Shown piece after piece: positions 43,210-57,400 of a stretch of 64,000 nucleotides of DNA. The translations under genes were made by a program, and so were the position numbers. Within the stretch, counting starts at the first letter, position 1, and each line of letters opens with the position of its first letter. Under the pieces are notes generated by a model that was not told where the DNA came from, made no database searches, and saw only the letters and a program-made list of their open reading frames with translations. The stretch lies in NCBI GenBank assembly GCA_000092065.1, contig CP000594.1, one strand, 5' to 3'. This DNA comes from Ostreococcus lucimarinus (lineage: Eukaryota).

Positions 43210-43929
43210 ATGCGCGCGGTGCCGTGCACGTGCAAGCGCGGCGCGGCGTCCGCGCAGCGGCGCAAGCTGGAGAAGCGCCGGGACGCGCGCGAGGTCGAGC
43301 TCGAGCGCGCGCGAAGGCTCGAGGCTCGAGCGCGCGCCGAGGCGTTTCGACCGCCCGCGCCGGCGCCGGCGGCGACGAGCGAGCGAGAGGCGACGGCGCG
43401 CGTCGAGGAGGCGCGCGATGACGCGCGCGCGAGCGGAGAGGCGCTGCGACGGGCGAAGGAGGAGGCGAGGGCGAGCGAGGCGTGGGACCCGAACCGAGGG
43501 TATAAAAAGTTTCCAAACGTGACGGCGCTCTTCGCGGAGTACGACGCGAAACGCGCGCGATGGGTGGAGACGAAGCTCGAACGCGCGCTGACGATTTGGG
43601 GTGAGGTGACGGGGGGGGAGTTTAAGACGCTGGAGGCGTTTAATTGGTACTACGGGGAGGATTTGGACGCGCGCGACGGCGCGAACGCGAAATCCGTGAC
43701 GTACATGCTGCCCGCGGTGATGAAAGCGTCGGCACCGCGCGCGGTGGCGGAGATATGCGAAGTCGCGTGTCGCATCGGTGCGCCGAGAAGCGGTGCGATC
43801 GATTTAGGGGACAAGCTGCGCGCGCAGGCGGTGGCGAAGCTTGAAGAGGCGGCGGAGTTTGATTTGCTCGAAGACGACGAGTTGGAGACGCTCGAGGCGT
43901 TGAGGAGTTGGGTCGTGGAGGAAAAGTAG
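43210..43929 (+). CDS. Hypothetical protein (239 aa); no family recognised
   Basis: ATG-initiated ORF. The second half has non-repetitive, protein-like composition (WDPNRGYKKFPNVTALFAEYDAKRARWVETKLERALTIWGEV...). TGTAA motifs lie 35-45 nt after the stop. Confidence 0.4.
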   Translation: MRAVPCTCKRGAASAQRRKLEKRRDAREVELERARRLEARARAEAFRPPAPAPAATSEREATARVEEARDDARASGEALRRAKEEARASEAWDPNRGYKKFPNVTALFAEYDAKRARWVETKLERALTIWGEVTGGEFKTLEAFNWYYGEDLDARDGANAKSVTYMLPAVMKASAPRAVAEICEVACRIGAPRSGAIDLGDKLRAQAVAKLEEAAEFDLLEDDELETLEALRSWVVEEK

Positions 43930-44044
43930 GTGGGAAGAAAACTTCTGTGTTGATGTATTTATTGTAATGTAAGAACTCGGTTGCGTTGAAGAATTCATTA
44001 CGCGGGCTTTTCGGTGCAAAAAAGTACGCTCGCGCGGGTGCGTT

Positions 44045-44937
44045 TTAAAGCGCCGTCGGGCGCCCACCGTCGACGCCGTCGCTCGACGCCTCGGCGGAGG
44101 CGCTCAAATACCCTTGCGCCCACGCCTCGTCGCGACTCCATCCGTCCTTTCCAGATGAAATCGAATTCACCGCCGTGGGCTTGGGTTCAGACGTGTACGA
44201 CGGTCTAGCGCTCTCGACGCGCGAACCGACGGCGTCGAGAAGATCGTTCGCCCACGGCGCGCCCGGCATCACTCCCGACAGATTGGGATCGGCGAAGTGG
44301 GTCTCATCTTTCGGAGCCACCACGTACTCTCCCAATCGACGCTTGATCGCGTTCAGAGCCATCTCCGCTCGAAGCGTGCGCTTTTCAAGTCTTCTGTTCT
44401 CCGCGTTCAAGCTGAGCACTTCGCGCTCGAGCGAAAAGTCGTCCACGAGCATCTTCGCGCGCTCTAAGTGCATTTGCTCCACCTTCGCCCGCAACCGCTT
44501 GCGGTCGGCGCGCGCGGGCCAACCGAGAACCAAATTCCCAAAAAAAGCGCCGAAAAACCCACCCTTCATCACCCGTCGCGTCTCCGGCTTGAGATTCATC
44601 CACTCCTTTCTAATCGGCTCCGTCACCGGCTTCAACAAATTATTAATCTGCCTCGCCGTCGGCCCAAAGTGATCGACCGCCACGTTCATCGACGGCTGTA
44701 TCAACTTCGCCTTCTCATTCATCTCCTTCGTCACCACGTTCTGCGTCGACTGCGCCCACGTCGCCGTCGTCGCCGTCGCTCGTCTCGTCAGCTCGCTCGC
44801 CTTGTCGAACCACTTCCCCCACCCCCCGCCCTTGCCGTCGCCACCGCTCGCGCTCGTCGAGGCCCCACCGCTCGCGCTCTGCGCGCCGCTCGCGCCGTTC
44901 GGTTCCTTGATCGACCGCACCGCGCGTCCGCGCGCGC

Positions 44938-44974
<37 letters not shown>

Positions 44975-45151
44975 GCGTCGTCCCGTCCCTCGTCGTCGCG
45001 CGCCGTCGTCGCGCGTCGTCGCGCGTCCGCGAAACGCGCCGGGTGCGCCGCGATCGAGTCCGCGCGCGCCGAGTCCGCGCGGCGGCGGCAGCATGGCGCC
45101 GCCGTCGTCGCGCGTCGGCGTGCGCGGACGCGCGACGACGCGTCGCGTCAA
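44045..45151 (-). CDS. Hypothetical coiled-coil protein with a poly-Thr tract; start uncertain (ATG near 45093)
   Basis: T12 run encoded by (TCG)n on the + strand at 44941-44973. The C-terminal region has amphipathic/coiled-coil character (KRLRAKVEQMHLERAKMLVDDFSLEREVLSLNAENRRLEKRTLRAEMALNAIKRRL). Confidence 0.35.
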
Positions 45152-45429
45152 CGGCTCGGTCGGACGAGGACCGCTACACAGCGCAATTGGAGGTACTTTA
45201 TGACCTCAGCGTTCATATTAGGACGGTGCGTGTACCTATTTACCGGACGAGGACTGCGTCGTATCGGTAAACAGTGCGAGCGACTGACGCTTCAGTCGCG
45301 GTCGCGCGACGGACCCGTCGTCGCGCCGCGGCGCGCGCGACGGACCGCGAGCGAGGCGTCGTCCGTCGCTCGACGTCCGCGCGGCGTTCGCGCGCGCGAT
45401 CGAGGCGCGCGCGCGTCGCGACGGACGAC

Positions 45430-48400
45430 GATGGTGTTCGAGCGGTTGTTGGCGGACCAACTGAACGCGAGGCTCGGGCGCGTGCTCGAGGGCGTCGATC
45501 GCGACGACGTGCGCGTGGGCGTGCTGAACGGAGACGTGCGGATACGGCGGGTGCGGGTGCGGGCGTCGGCGCTGACGAAGATATTGGACGAGCCGAGCGC
45601 GCGGGTGCGGTGCGGATTCGTGGACGAGCTGCGCGTGCGCGTGCCGTGGAGGAACTTGGGGAAGGAGGCGGTGCGAGTGACGTTTCACGGGGTGTACGTC
45701 GTGGGGGAGATCGATGTGAACGGAGACGACGAGGCGCGGGAGAGCGAGGAGGAGCGGAGGGAGAGACAGCGGGTGAAGGCGTTGAGGACGGCGCGCAGGG
45801 CGGCGGACGCGGCGGAGCGGGCGTGGTTGAAGTGGAATCCGGCGGTGAACGCGGAGGCTTTGGAGGCGGAGGACGGCAGGGAGAGCGCGCAGGATGGGGT
45901 GAGGAAGAGGAGCGCGATCGCTGGGCTCATCGACGTCGCCCTGGCGAACGTTCTGATTGAAATTTCAAACGTGCACGTCAGAATCGAGGGCGAGTACGGA
46001 GCGGGCGTTCCGTGGGGAATGGGACTCGTGCTCGAACGCGTGTCGCTGACGACCGTTGGAGAAGATTTCGAAAATGACTTCAAAGTCGGCGGTTTCGCCG
46101 ACAGTTTACGAAAGATGATTGCGTTAGAGCGCGTCGGCGTGTACGCCGATTTCAATTCGCCGTCAGTCGCGTCAGAGACGCCGGACGGTTGGCGAGGCAT
46201 CCGCGAAGACCAATTCGTGCGGCAAATGTCCGCGGTCTTCAATACCGAGGTTGGCGAGCGCATGAAAGAAGGCACCAGCGGCGATGTCGTGATACCGCAA
46301 TCGTACGTATTCGGACCGTTACGAGGAACGGCGACGTACGCGAGAAGAGGTCACGCCGAGGACACCAACACGCCGCTGCATCAATTACGGATGGATATAA
46401 ATTCTATTCAAATCAGCATCAAGTCAACGCAGCTTAAGGTGTTTTACAACATGTACTCCAATTTACGCACCAGTCGCGTGCGGTACACGTATGCGCATAT
46501 ACGCCCAAGGGTCGGCGTCAAAGGAAATGCGCGTTTATGGTGGCGTTTCGCGGGCGCCGGCGTTCAGATGCACGTCGACGAAATACGTAAACGGCGTGGA
46601 TTGGACTTTAAATCTAGTGTTAGCGCTATGGTGCGCATAACTGAGGCTCGCCAGCGTTATATTCCTTTATACGTCAAGCATTTGCGCTCTGCACCGCCAC
46701 CTCCAGAGTGTCTAATCGCCGAACGCGCCGAGCGACGCAATAAGCTTTGGCCACCTAAACTGAAGATTGGGATGTCGACAGAAATTGATGAAATCGAAGA
46801 AGGTATTCCCCTGCAGAGTATTATTACTTTCCGAACGCTGGCGCACGTAGAATACCGGGAGTCTGGCGGGGTGAAAGCGGCGGTAGCGAGAGAACGAGCG
46901 GCTCGCTTTGGCAAACGTCGGGTCGTCAGAGCAGTCGTCGGTCTCGCGGGCGGTGGTGCGAAGAACACGGCAAAGGTATTGAAAGGGCTGTCGGCGCCGA
47001 TTCGTGGTCTTGCTCGAGCAGTTAACAAACGCGACTCGACAGCATTATTAGTCGAGAGGCAAAAGCGTTTGCGAAAGTCGCAACCGGAAGAAGATGATGA
47101 TTCAAACTGGCGAGAAAGTCTAGAGAATACGGTGCAATTGAGCCAGCGAATGGTGGCTCTAGAAGAAGAAGCCGTGCACTCTTCGGTTGAGCTATCCGGA
47201 GTGGTGAATGTTGAAAAAGTATTAGTTTGCATGGTTGATGACGAGGTTGACAATCCAATCGGTGAGCAGGAGATTTTTAGAATAGGTGTCCATGAAGTCA
47301 GTTTGGGAACGCTGCGAGGTTCTGGACGACGAGAACAACGCGTTTCTATCCGCCGATTGGCGATCGTAAGCCCGGAAGGGACACTACTCGATTCCAGTAA
47401 GACCACTGATAATGAAGAGAGAGCGACCTCTCTCGATCGTTCACAAGTTGCGTTATGGGACAAGGCGTCCGAGTGTAACGCGGTGCAATTGCAAATAGTC
47501 AAAGGCGATGTCGAGACAGAAGAAGATATCTTCATAAAGTTTCAGATGAGGCAGTCGATCGTGCACTTATTGCGAGAGCCTTTAGATAGAGTGGCGCGAG
47601 TGGCTGTGCGACACAAAGTGACGACGGCATATCTCGAATCTTTCATTTACGACGATGAAGCGAAACAGCGCAATCACACACACTCCATCGAAAAGCAGGC
47701 AGATGAGTTCAAAATCAGACCAAGAGTGCGATTAGACGCGCGAGTTCACGGTCCCGTGATTATTTTGGATGGCGACGGCGTAAACTTACGCATAGACCTT
47801 GGTACAACGGTAATTGAGTCTATGACGCCAGTTTCAGCTGGCATCGAGAGCTCACTAGCAAAAGAACACAATGTTTTCTCATTTCAATGCACAGGATTCC
47901 AAGTCGGATTTATCGACGATGAATGGGATACGAATTCGAACCGACCTGTGGAAGATGAACAGATAATACTTCCGCTGTTGAGTGCACCGTCGTCAAACAC
48001 CGTCGTGATTCAAAATTTGAATGCCGCATCCGATGCGCCGAATCTCAAGGTGCACTCAAAGTTCAGCGCCATTGATATTTCGGTTTCTCCTGTGCGAGTG
48101 TTTAAGATCCGTTCTTTGGTCAAGGCATTGAAGCCAACAACGTCCATAAGTGAGGAACACGTCGCCGCGGTTGTCACCGAAAACGAGGTCCGAGTGCTGC
48201 TGCTGCAATTGGATGAAAGCGGCGAAGTGTGTTGGATACCGGCGACGATATCGTTGCAAAACAATAGTTCTATGGATATTAGAACGATTAATGGGCTCAA
48301 AAGTCGAACAATTCACATCAACCTCATGGAAAGCAACGGGGCGAGCAAATTGCGAAGTGACATTTGCGCGAAACTCTCCTTGCACAAGGACGTACTCACT

Positions 48401-51400
48401 ATCGGTGAAACTGTGCATTCTTTGGACGAGTTAATGATTTCAGCTATGTCGGATGATAGTCTCAGCGTGATGTTTGATATTGACGATGATGATGCGAGAT
48501 CTCGCGACACGGTCCTGTTCGATGCATGGTACGCACGGATTAACGGCGTCGCTCGCGAAAATATCACTAGGCTGACAAATGCTGCAAAGAACGGCAAGCT
48601 GTCGAAGACTCAAGTGATTTTAAGTGTCGGCGCCGAAAAGCTGTCTGTTCATGTTTTTGCACCTCTCAAAGCACATCCATCCGAAGATGATTCCGCTGTG
48701 ATAAATGACGAATCAGATTCTGAACGAGCGCTCGCAAGCCTTTGTTTCGACGAGCTCAACTACGACTCGTCGTTGGCTCGTACCGTGAAAGTCCATCATA
48801 TAAAAGCAAACTCACTCGTTTTGTACGACAGATATGCAAGTGAAGGTCTTGGACGCGAGTGCATCGCCGGAATTGGAGGACAGGGCTCCGGTCAACCCCT
48901 ACTTACAGTCACGGTCGCCGTTCGCCATCAGAGCGATCCCCAATATTGCGGATTGGACAAGCTGATCGAAGTCGACATTCACAAAGAGTTAGTGATGAAT
49001 ATTCGTCGGCCCACGCTCCTTGCATTGATCTCGTTGAGATTCAGACTGCGTCCACCCGGTTTCAAGATTATTAAGATCATGCCTGATGTATCGTCGCGCA
49101 TCATGATTTCTGGCAAGCTCGTAAAACGGATCAAACGCGAGATACGCGTGAACGTTGCGGCAGTGACTGCGAATGGCTTTTATGATCACGACAAAGAGAT
49201 GGATGTTCCTGTGCTAGTGTTGCGTGCCGAAGATTCGTATTGGAGCACCATTATCAGTCCTCCAACACGTGAAACAAGCGTAAGCGTTGGCACCATAAAA
49301 CTTGCGACGGGACAGATGCAAGCTCGGGGCGCTTGGAATCTACAACCTTCACCCGAGTCGAGCTCAAACATCATACTTTTACGTAATGACGTGTACGACA
49401 GAGGAGAAGAATTAGACGGGGCCGATGTGTCGTGGGAGATCGAGCTCGGAAATTTGGACATAGTTATGACTCCTGAGATGAAGGAAATTGGATCGTGGTT
49501 CGCATTCTTTCGTCAAATAAGACCTGATCATATTGAAAAGTACGTCCACCCATGTGCACGACCTCGAGCTGGATTTCAAGTGCTCAAATCCCGTCTCTTG
49601 ATCAAGATGGACGATCAAAGGATCACCTTGCCCGTCGCCCTCAGCGAGGGCGAGTCAAATCACGACGTCGTCATCAACTCAGGATGTGTAGAAATCACCA
49701 GATCATTTTCTTCGAAAGCAATCAATGAAGCGCATTCAATATTTTGGCAAACAACGGCATTGAGCGTGTCAGAGTTTGAAGTAAGTGTCATCTCATTTGC
49801 GGAGAAGCGGAGAGAAAGCGTTTCTAAAATTACGCAGAAGCCGTTTGGTGTGAAATTGTCTTTGCGGAAGAGAATTGACAGTGGCCCCGCAATCGTGAAT
49901 GAACTCGATGATAAGAACAAAATCAGAGTGCAGCCTATTTTCCTCGACTTATCCGGTAGCGAATTTCGATGTGATCCACGATTCCATCAAGAACATTCAG
50001 TTGAGTAAAGTTCGGCCGAACGTCAAAGTGGAAAATCCTATCAGATGGGGTAGCGTCGGACCGCTCCCTGTTTCAGACGTGCTCGCGCCGGCATCGTTGA
50101 AGTCGATGGAATTGAGCGTTATTCTGAGCAGCGCAAAACTCCGCGTCTTCCGGCTACCGATGCAAAGTCGTCCCCTCTCAACGATAAAGGTAGTTGGCGT
50201 CGACGTGTTTGTCGTAAAAAACTTGAATCGCAAGTCTGGAATCAATCTCGACGCTACCGTGGATATGATTGGCGTCGACGATAATTCTCGACAATCCCAG
50301 AACCTTAAAGTCAAGCACGTTCTCTATGCGGGTTCTCCGAAATTACCATTGCTTCATTTGACGCTCGGTGTGAATGATGACAGCACGCGCCTGCGAATTT
50401 CGCTACAGCATGTAGAAGTATTGCTGCGTGTGGGAATCATTTTGGATACCATACGGACTTTCGCACCTCGAAAATTTGGAGGGGTCTTTTTAGCCAGTAC
50501 GATTCTTCCTCAAGACATTAAGTGCGTGCACGGCAGTGACTTCCATCTCGATAAGGATGTCACTCTGACGAAAAGTACGAGACTGCTGGCCGACGATCCC
50601 AAAATTGTTGCTGGCAAATATGTGCTGCGCGGAGGTGGACATACCATAAAATTCGCCGATGGCAAAGGAGCGATCATTCGTCATTATTCCCATGGCTCTC
50701 GACGCAAGACGATGCCACGCATTATTATCGGTCATGGCGCAACGCTGAAGATTGAAAACGTCACCTTCAATTGTACACGCTCAACATTGTCAAGGTTTAT
50801 CAAAATGATGCCCGGCGGTAGTTACTCCCTCGGTAAGAGTGTTTCCTTTGACGAGACCGAAGAAGAGTTGATACCGGTTCACGATGGTCTTGTTGAAAGC
50901 ACACCAGTTATTGATGCCGCAACAAAGCGTGCAGAAGAAGGACCAGGGCGAAGAATGAAGGAAATTAAAAAGAAACCGCTGTTGGTCGAGGTGGATGTGT
51001 CATGCGTACATATAGTCATCGGTGAAGAATTGAGAGCTGATCAGATCAACTTGATGTTTGGAGTCGATGTGGCAATAATTCGGGACGAAGAATTGAACAC
51101 GACGGGAACTTATCAGCTACTTCGTCTTCGTACGAAGGACACTATGAAACCACCGCTTCTGGAACCAGCAAGCGTGACAATGCACGTTGTATCGCGTGAT
51201 GGCGGCACCACAACTTGCACGGGGTGTGTGACACCTATCAAGATGCAGTTGAGTCCCAACAGGATTTGTATCTTGAAGAATTTCACGGAACGTATTGAGC
51301 GATCATTTGCAATTGCGCCCATCTTGCAAACCGGCGTGTATTCGTGTGTCTGGGCAGGACATGCAACCACTTTAACAAAAAAAGTAACTGAGGCGGGTGT

Positions 51401-54400
51401 GCTCCGACAAAATCAAGCCGGTAGCAATACTTCCTACTCTATCTGGAGACCCGTTGCTCCACCTGGTTACGCCATACTATCTGATGTCGTGAAGTCTGAA
51501 GGAGGAGCTCCTGAAACGCAAGTTTTGATCGTTCGGGATGCGCCCGCTCTGTGCACGTTGCCAGAGAGATTTGAGAAAGTCAAAGGCACCGCAAATCCTT
51601 GCCTGTGGCGCCCGATCGCACCGACGGGTTTCGTGAGCTTAGGCGATATTGCGTCAGTATCGGATGCGGATGAACCGTCGCTGGACGTCGTCCGGTGTAT
51701 TCGAGAAGAGCTCGTGACGAACATCGGTCAAGCGTCTACACTCGCAAACTTTCGCTTGTACGGAGATTTCAGTCAATCGAATACAACGTTGTGGCAAATG
51801 AATAACAGAGTCCGCGGATTCGTGGTGGTCTCGAAGTCGAATATTCGGCCTTACGCGTACGACATTCGCTCCCCTCCTGGATTTCAACGCAAAGTTTCGA
51901 CGGGAACCAAGGAGAAGATAAAGCTGCAGGAAAAGGAGTGCGAGTGTGCCACCGCGGTGAATTTCAAAAAGATTGGCATGGCACAAAACGCGAAGTCAAC
52001 TGTTGGGTTTTGGGAAGTCATTCCGCCTACGGGTTATGTATCCACCGGACACTGCATGAGTGTGGGCAAACTTCCGCCTTTAAGCAGTAGAGTGTTCGCG
52101 GACGATAAACGTACTTTTCGACAACCAGAGTCATATGAAAAAGTTGCTTCAGCGCGTACGTACGGCACCACACAGCGTTTGACAATTTGGAAACCAGTGC
52201 CATGCGCCGGGTTTGTGAGCGTCGGGTTTGTTGTCACCACTGAAGATAACGAGCCTTCTGTGAATGACTCGATCGTCTGCGTCCGAGCAGAATTGGTATC
52301 TTACATGCATCAAAGGAACTGGACTACAGACAACTCTGTTTGGACAGTTGACGAAAATGCTACAGACACCACGCACTTCTGGATCCACAAATGATCACAC
52401 GAAAAATTTCGTTATGAGTGTTTTGACGACTGGCATGACGCCCGATTTCGGCTTTGATATCGGCTTCCTAGAAAGCTCTTCGTTAAGGGGGCAAGTACAA
52501 ATGCCAAATTTCATTATGAAATTCGACGTGCCTCTTGTGAGCGTCGGACTCTCATTTGAAAGATTGTTTCGCAACCAGATGCTCTTCTTGCTTCGATTGG
52601 AAAAAACGAAGTTGAGTTGTACGAAAACGTCGAAATTGAATCTGTCGTTAGATTCTTCGCTGTCTCTCCTGCATAGAAATACGCGACTGGGATACAGTCT
52701 AGAACCCATTGTGGCGCCGTGGAAGTTTTCGGTTCTGTTGGATGACTCAAAAAATGATGTTTCGGGCGTGAATCCCGCGGGGTTGGACATGTTCATTGAA
52801 AGTAAAAAGAAGATTGAGATAATCGTCAATCAAGCCTCCATAGTTGACGCAGTGGATGCCGTGATGCAGTTTAAGAAACCACGCGACAAAAACTCAAAAA
52901 TTGCACATTTGTTGGCTTACGAAGCCGTGCAAAACAACGTCATTGTGAATTCCACGGGACGCGACTTATGGGTTCGCGAACTGAATGGCAATATACAAGA
53001 AGTACCGCCTGGAAATAGCATTTCGCATTTGGTACATGCCGCTGAAACCGAAGCAAATTCTGGATTCGAGAGTGCATCAAATGAGCAGACGATGCGCGGT
53101 ATGACTGACGTCGTTGATGACATGAATCATCACGGTGACGAACAGCTCATTATCGCATACCTGATGATGGATATCGTGGCAATTGACTCGTTGGATGACT
53201 GGCTTTACCCCCGCATAACTTTCAAGATTTGGGATGAGGCTTTGCAGGGTCATCGTACCGATCCATTACCCATCGGCGTTACGCGCGGCTCAGCAAAGTT
53301 ACCGATCCCTCATCCTTTTTTCCATCGCGATAGTGATAGCGAGTTCATCAACAATGACGATATCACCATTATCGTCGAAATTTCTCATATTGGGCCAAAT
53401 GGCGAAACATTGAGCTTCAGTGGTGACTTTGAAGCTCCAATCGAACAACAACGCGGTGGATGGATTGGCGGTAAAACTGGAAGCTGGATAGACTGTGCTG
53501 CAGGCAATGGTGACTCCGTGAGAATTAAGCTGCGCGCTCGAGTGGTGGAAGGTTTGAATGGCGACGCCAGTCACAGAAACGGTAGAGTTGTATCAACTCT
53601 TAAAGAGTCCGCAGAAAACGATTATCAAGAGTAAATTACAAGTTGAATCACCACCTCTCATCGTGTGTCGTACGAATGACATGGTGAAGCAATGGTGGAC
53701 AAGAGATCATCAGCAAAGTAAAAGTGCCCTAAGTGCTTGGAAGCCGCACGTCCCATCGACGTATGAACTCGAGACGAGATATAAGTTTTGTTCGAGTAGA
53801 GCTGAAAACGAGTATAAACTCGTACCTTTTGGGACCATCCTCTTGCCCGGCCTCATCGCGCCTCGCAGTGCGCTCATGGCAGTTGTCTTAGAACATAATT
53901 CAGATCAGCGGGCACCGACTGCTTTTCCCTCGGGGTTCGAAAATATTTGGACGAGCGATAAAAATGATGTCTCATTTTGGAAGCCCATTGCACCAGACGG
54001 TTACGTTGCAGTTGGTAACGTGGTTGCGGCGAGCGCCGAAATGCCTTCCACCGATTGCGTCGTTTGTGTTCGCGAGGATTTGACAAAACTTGCAGAAGTG
54101 CCTCCGGATGTTGCATGGAAATCGAACAGACGATTTCGCAATAATGATGAAAGAGAATTGGCGCTTATTCAAAACGGCCAACTGAGTACTGGTGGATGGT
54201 CGTTCTTGAAGGAGAAAATCAAGCGCACGAGTCCAGGCGTGATTTCGAACGTCATTCCATCTATGCATAGACTTAATGACAGGATGTGCATTCATTCTTT
54301 GGATGACGAAGGTATTCGCGAGTTTTGGATCGATAACCGCACTCATATAGATCATATAAAGCAAGAATTACAAGCTGGAGAGTCAATTCTCGCCATTTCG

Positions 54401-57400
54401 TTTTCTCCTTCCGGGCCGTTTGAGCAAGTGCGTCTTAATCTAGGCGCTTCACACGTTGTTCGTCACAAGACTCACGATTTAGTCTTTGACAGTCAAAAGG
54501 GGCATCTTTTGAGCTATGTTTCGTGCGAAAACGAAACAGATTCTGATATATTCGTTGATGTTCATCCAGCTATGAAGAGAGAACTCACGACTTCTAATTT
54601 GGACATATCTCTGAGTGAGAAGTATGAGTCGCCGAGCGATGTCGCGGATATAGAAGTATTTGAATCGGAACGATATTACCCGTTGAGAGGATGGCGTGCT
54701 CCAAAAGACGCTATCGTAAAAGCTCGTTATAGCAGGCATAAAAGTGGACGAGGTTCGCAAAAACGGTTTCCAGACGTCAAAGCTCCAAAAGGTTTCAGAT
54801 TTGAAGGACCGTGGGAGCTCGACAAACCACCAAATCTGGTGAATGACGACGGTTGGGCGTACGGTGCTATTTGGCTAAGGAAGTGGCCACCGCCTCGTGG
54901 ATCAGACAAAAGTAAAGGTCGTGCAACCCGTCGCCGACGATGGTTTCGTCGTGTCGTTCGATTGAAATCAGCTGAAGAAATTGAATCGCGCGTTTCCCTT
55001 CATAACATGAAGCGAGATTTCATCGAAGATTGGCACGGCACGTTGGCGGTACACGGACGTCTTACGCTACCTTCTTGTTCACGAACCGAGTCCTACATGT
55101 TGGCGTTACGCACGGGGGCTGACGTCGCATCAATTACCGCTCCGTCGTTTACCGAGAGAGATGACGCGCTGGATATTCGTGACGTGTTATCAGAGCAAGG
55201 CAACTGTGCGCTTGCTTACAACAACCTGCACGATCACTTTCTTTTGGTCAAAGAAGAATTGTCGAATGATGTGCAAAGTAGCGCGATAGGTGCTATTCCA
55301 GGCGTCAAGATTCGTGTCGTTGCCCCTGTTCACGTTGTCTCATTGATGGATTGTCCGTCGCAAGTTGTTTTGTACGCCAATGGCGAAGAAAGAATTGCCA
55401 TGCATCTTGCCGCGAACGAAACGAAACGTATCACGGCGATCGATGCAAACTGTGATACAATAGAGGTGCTCGTGTCTTTGTTCGAAGATTATCTCAGCCT
55501 TAGTAACGACAGGCCGCTGCGTCTAGATGTCACCCCGGCTGGAAGTCCACCGGCGCCACAGGTAAACTGGTTGAACATCAAAGGCTATCCGTATGTGGTT
55601 TCTATGCTGTTGATGGAGACGTGTAGAACTAGAATGGCGGGTGATAAATTCAACGATGATCCTTCGCAGCATCTCTTGAGTCTGACGTATCGCAATGTGC
55701 TGATGGTTACAAATGCATCACCGATCGACATTAAGTGTTTGGCGTGGGTCGCTGGCACAAGTACGACAAACGCGCACATAGATGCATACGTTGGGGTACC
55801 CAAAGGCGAGTCGCAACCTGCCATGTTTCTGAAATCGAGTGCGAAAACCCTCGCCAAAGTTTCGAGCAAAGAATTTGTGCTCGGTTTTTGTATCGATTCG
55901 TCTCCAGTACTAGTGAAAATTTCACCAAGTTCTGAGCCCGTGATGTTTACGCTTATGACAGCAAGTGGGGACGAACTTGCCTTTCAATGTTCCGTAGTAT
56001 TATGGGAGGGTCAAAACACCAACGCCGCGACATGGCCAACGCTTGAAGTTGTTTTACAACCCGTGCTCGTGGCGATCAACTTGACTCGAATTCCTCTCGC
56101 GATTCGCTCAAACACTATGGAACACAAGATACTCGAGCCAGGTTCATATCCCACGCCGTTTTCTTTGGATATTAAGTCTTCGAAAAGCGTAGACGAAGTT
56201 GAAGCCGTGCTTAATCAAGCCGCGATTCAAATAGCGGATATGTCGTGTCATTCGGAAGGAAAAGATATACTTTGGAGTTCGCCGCTGCAGAATTTGGTGC
56301 GCTATTCTGGAGCGATGTGGAGCATCCCACAAGGTGCCTCCCCCTTGGCGGATGAAATTAATGCATTTAGAAGACTTGGAGGTATCGACGAGTCTGGCGA
56401 AAACGTAAATTTCAAGGCACCTATCATCGTTCAGTTTCTTGTCGAGCGCGGTGAGCACGGTTGCTTCAGGGTCTTTTTTAGGGGGGGCGACGGAGCATCT
56501 CTGCAGAAGGCGCCAATCATGATCAAAAACCATTTGCACGAACCTTTACTCATTCGACAAGTGAAAGCGAACGACTTTGAGGACGTAGAAAAGAAGTCGG
56601 TGCAAAAGTCCACCGTGCGACTACTGCAAGGTATTAAGAAAGCCTCACACGGCGTAGGACAGTCTTTTGCAATTCGCCCGTTCTCAGCGATATCTTGGGC
56701 GTGGAGCGTCCCAGGTATTCCTATGAGATTGGACAACTTGAAAAAACAGGAGCTCGAGGCAAACGCCGCGGAGCTCGCATTTCGAAAGCGGAAATTTTTG
56801 GAGATATCGAACAATACAGGGGATCACGTCATCATAGAGATAAACGCGTTCAGCTCGCGATTCAAGGGTTTCATGCACCTCGGCGACATGCAATTTGGAG
56901 AACTAGGCAAGCGCACGTTACACGCAACGATTATTGGTGAATGGCGTGACGCATCGTTCGTGATCTTCGTGGTTGATAAAACGATAACGTTTGACAACTT
57001 TTCTTTCACGACTGAAATGACGAATCAAGCGAAAGCATTGACGTTGTACGCGCGGCAGCAAGAAACGCACATCTCTGTCAATTTGGCTGGCTTCTCCGTA
57101 ACAATCATCGATCGCCTCCGCGACTCATTCGTCGAGTTATTCCATCTCACGATCGACGACGTGATGATCAGGCACGGAATCAACTTGAATCAACAGCAGT
57201 TCTGTCTATAGTTATCTCAGAATTGGTGCACTGCAGATAGATTTTAGCACGCATGACGCAAGCTATCCAGTCTTCGTTTGGCACGACCCGGCGGACGGGC
57301 ACTTGCTTGAAGCGTACGCTACTTTGAGTATGAATTCTCATATCGGTGGTGACTCGATCGATGTTTATCACGTCCAACTAACGACAACGAAGAAAGGCCT

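Noticed and set aside
44468-45429. The upstream ~960 nt of the 1846-aa ORF 44468..50008, which the ORF track presents as part of VPS13
   Set aside because: VPS13 homology (chorein-N) begins at the ATG at 45430. The upstream part is low-complexity read-through that overlaps the minus-strand gene 44045..45151, so it is not coding.
52296-52329. A 34-nt GTATCT...CTACAG intron as the cause of the VPS13 frame change near 52.3 kb
   Set aside because: Read-through of that segment (ELVSYMHQRNWTTDNSVWTVDENATDTTHFWIH) reproduces the preceding internal VPS13 repeat (ELVTNIGQASTLANFRLYGDFSQSNTTLWQMN) residue-for-residue in spacing. The segment is therefore coding, and the frame change is better placed at the AAA run 52389-52391.
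49899-57303. Programmed +1 ribosomal frameshifting of the Euplotes type as the explanation for the consistent +1 frame steps
   Set aside because: Where the shift can be pinned to a single base (ADH3, ABC1, VPS13 52389-52391) there is no stop codon at the shift site and no shared slippery heptamer. Other +1 steps are explained by short introns whose GTAA donors create the terminating TAA. The common factor is a 3-nt A/T homopolymer, which is more typical of base-calling error than of recoding.
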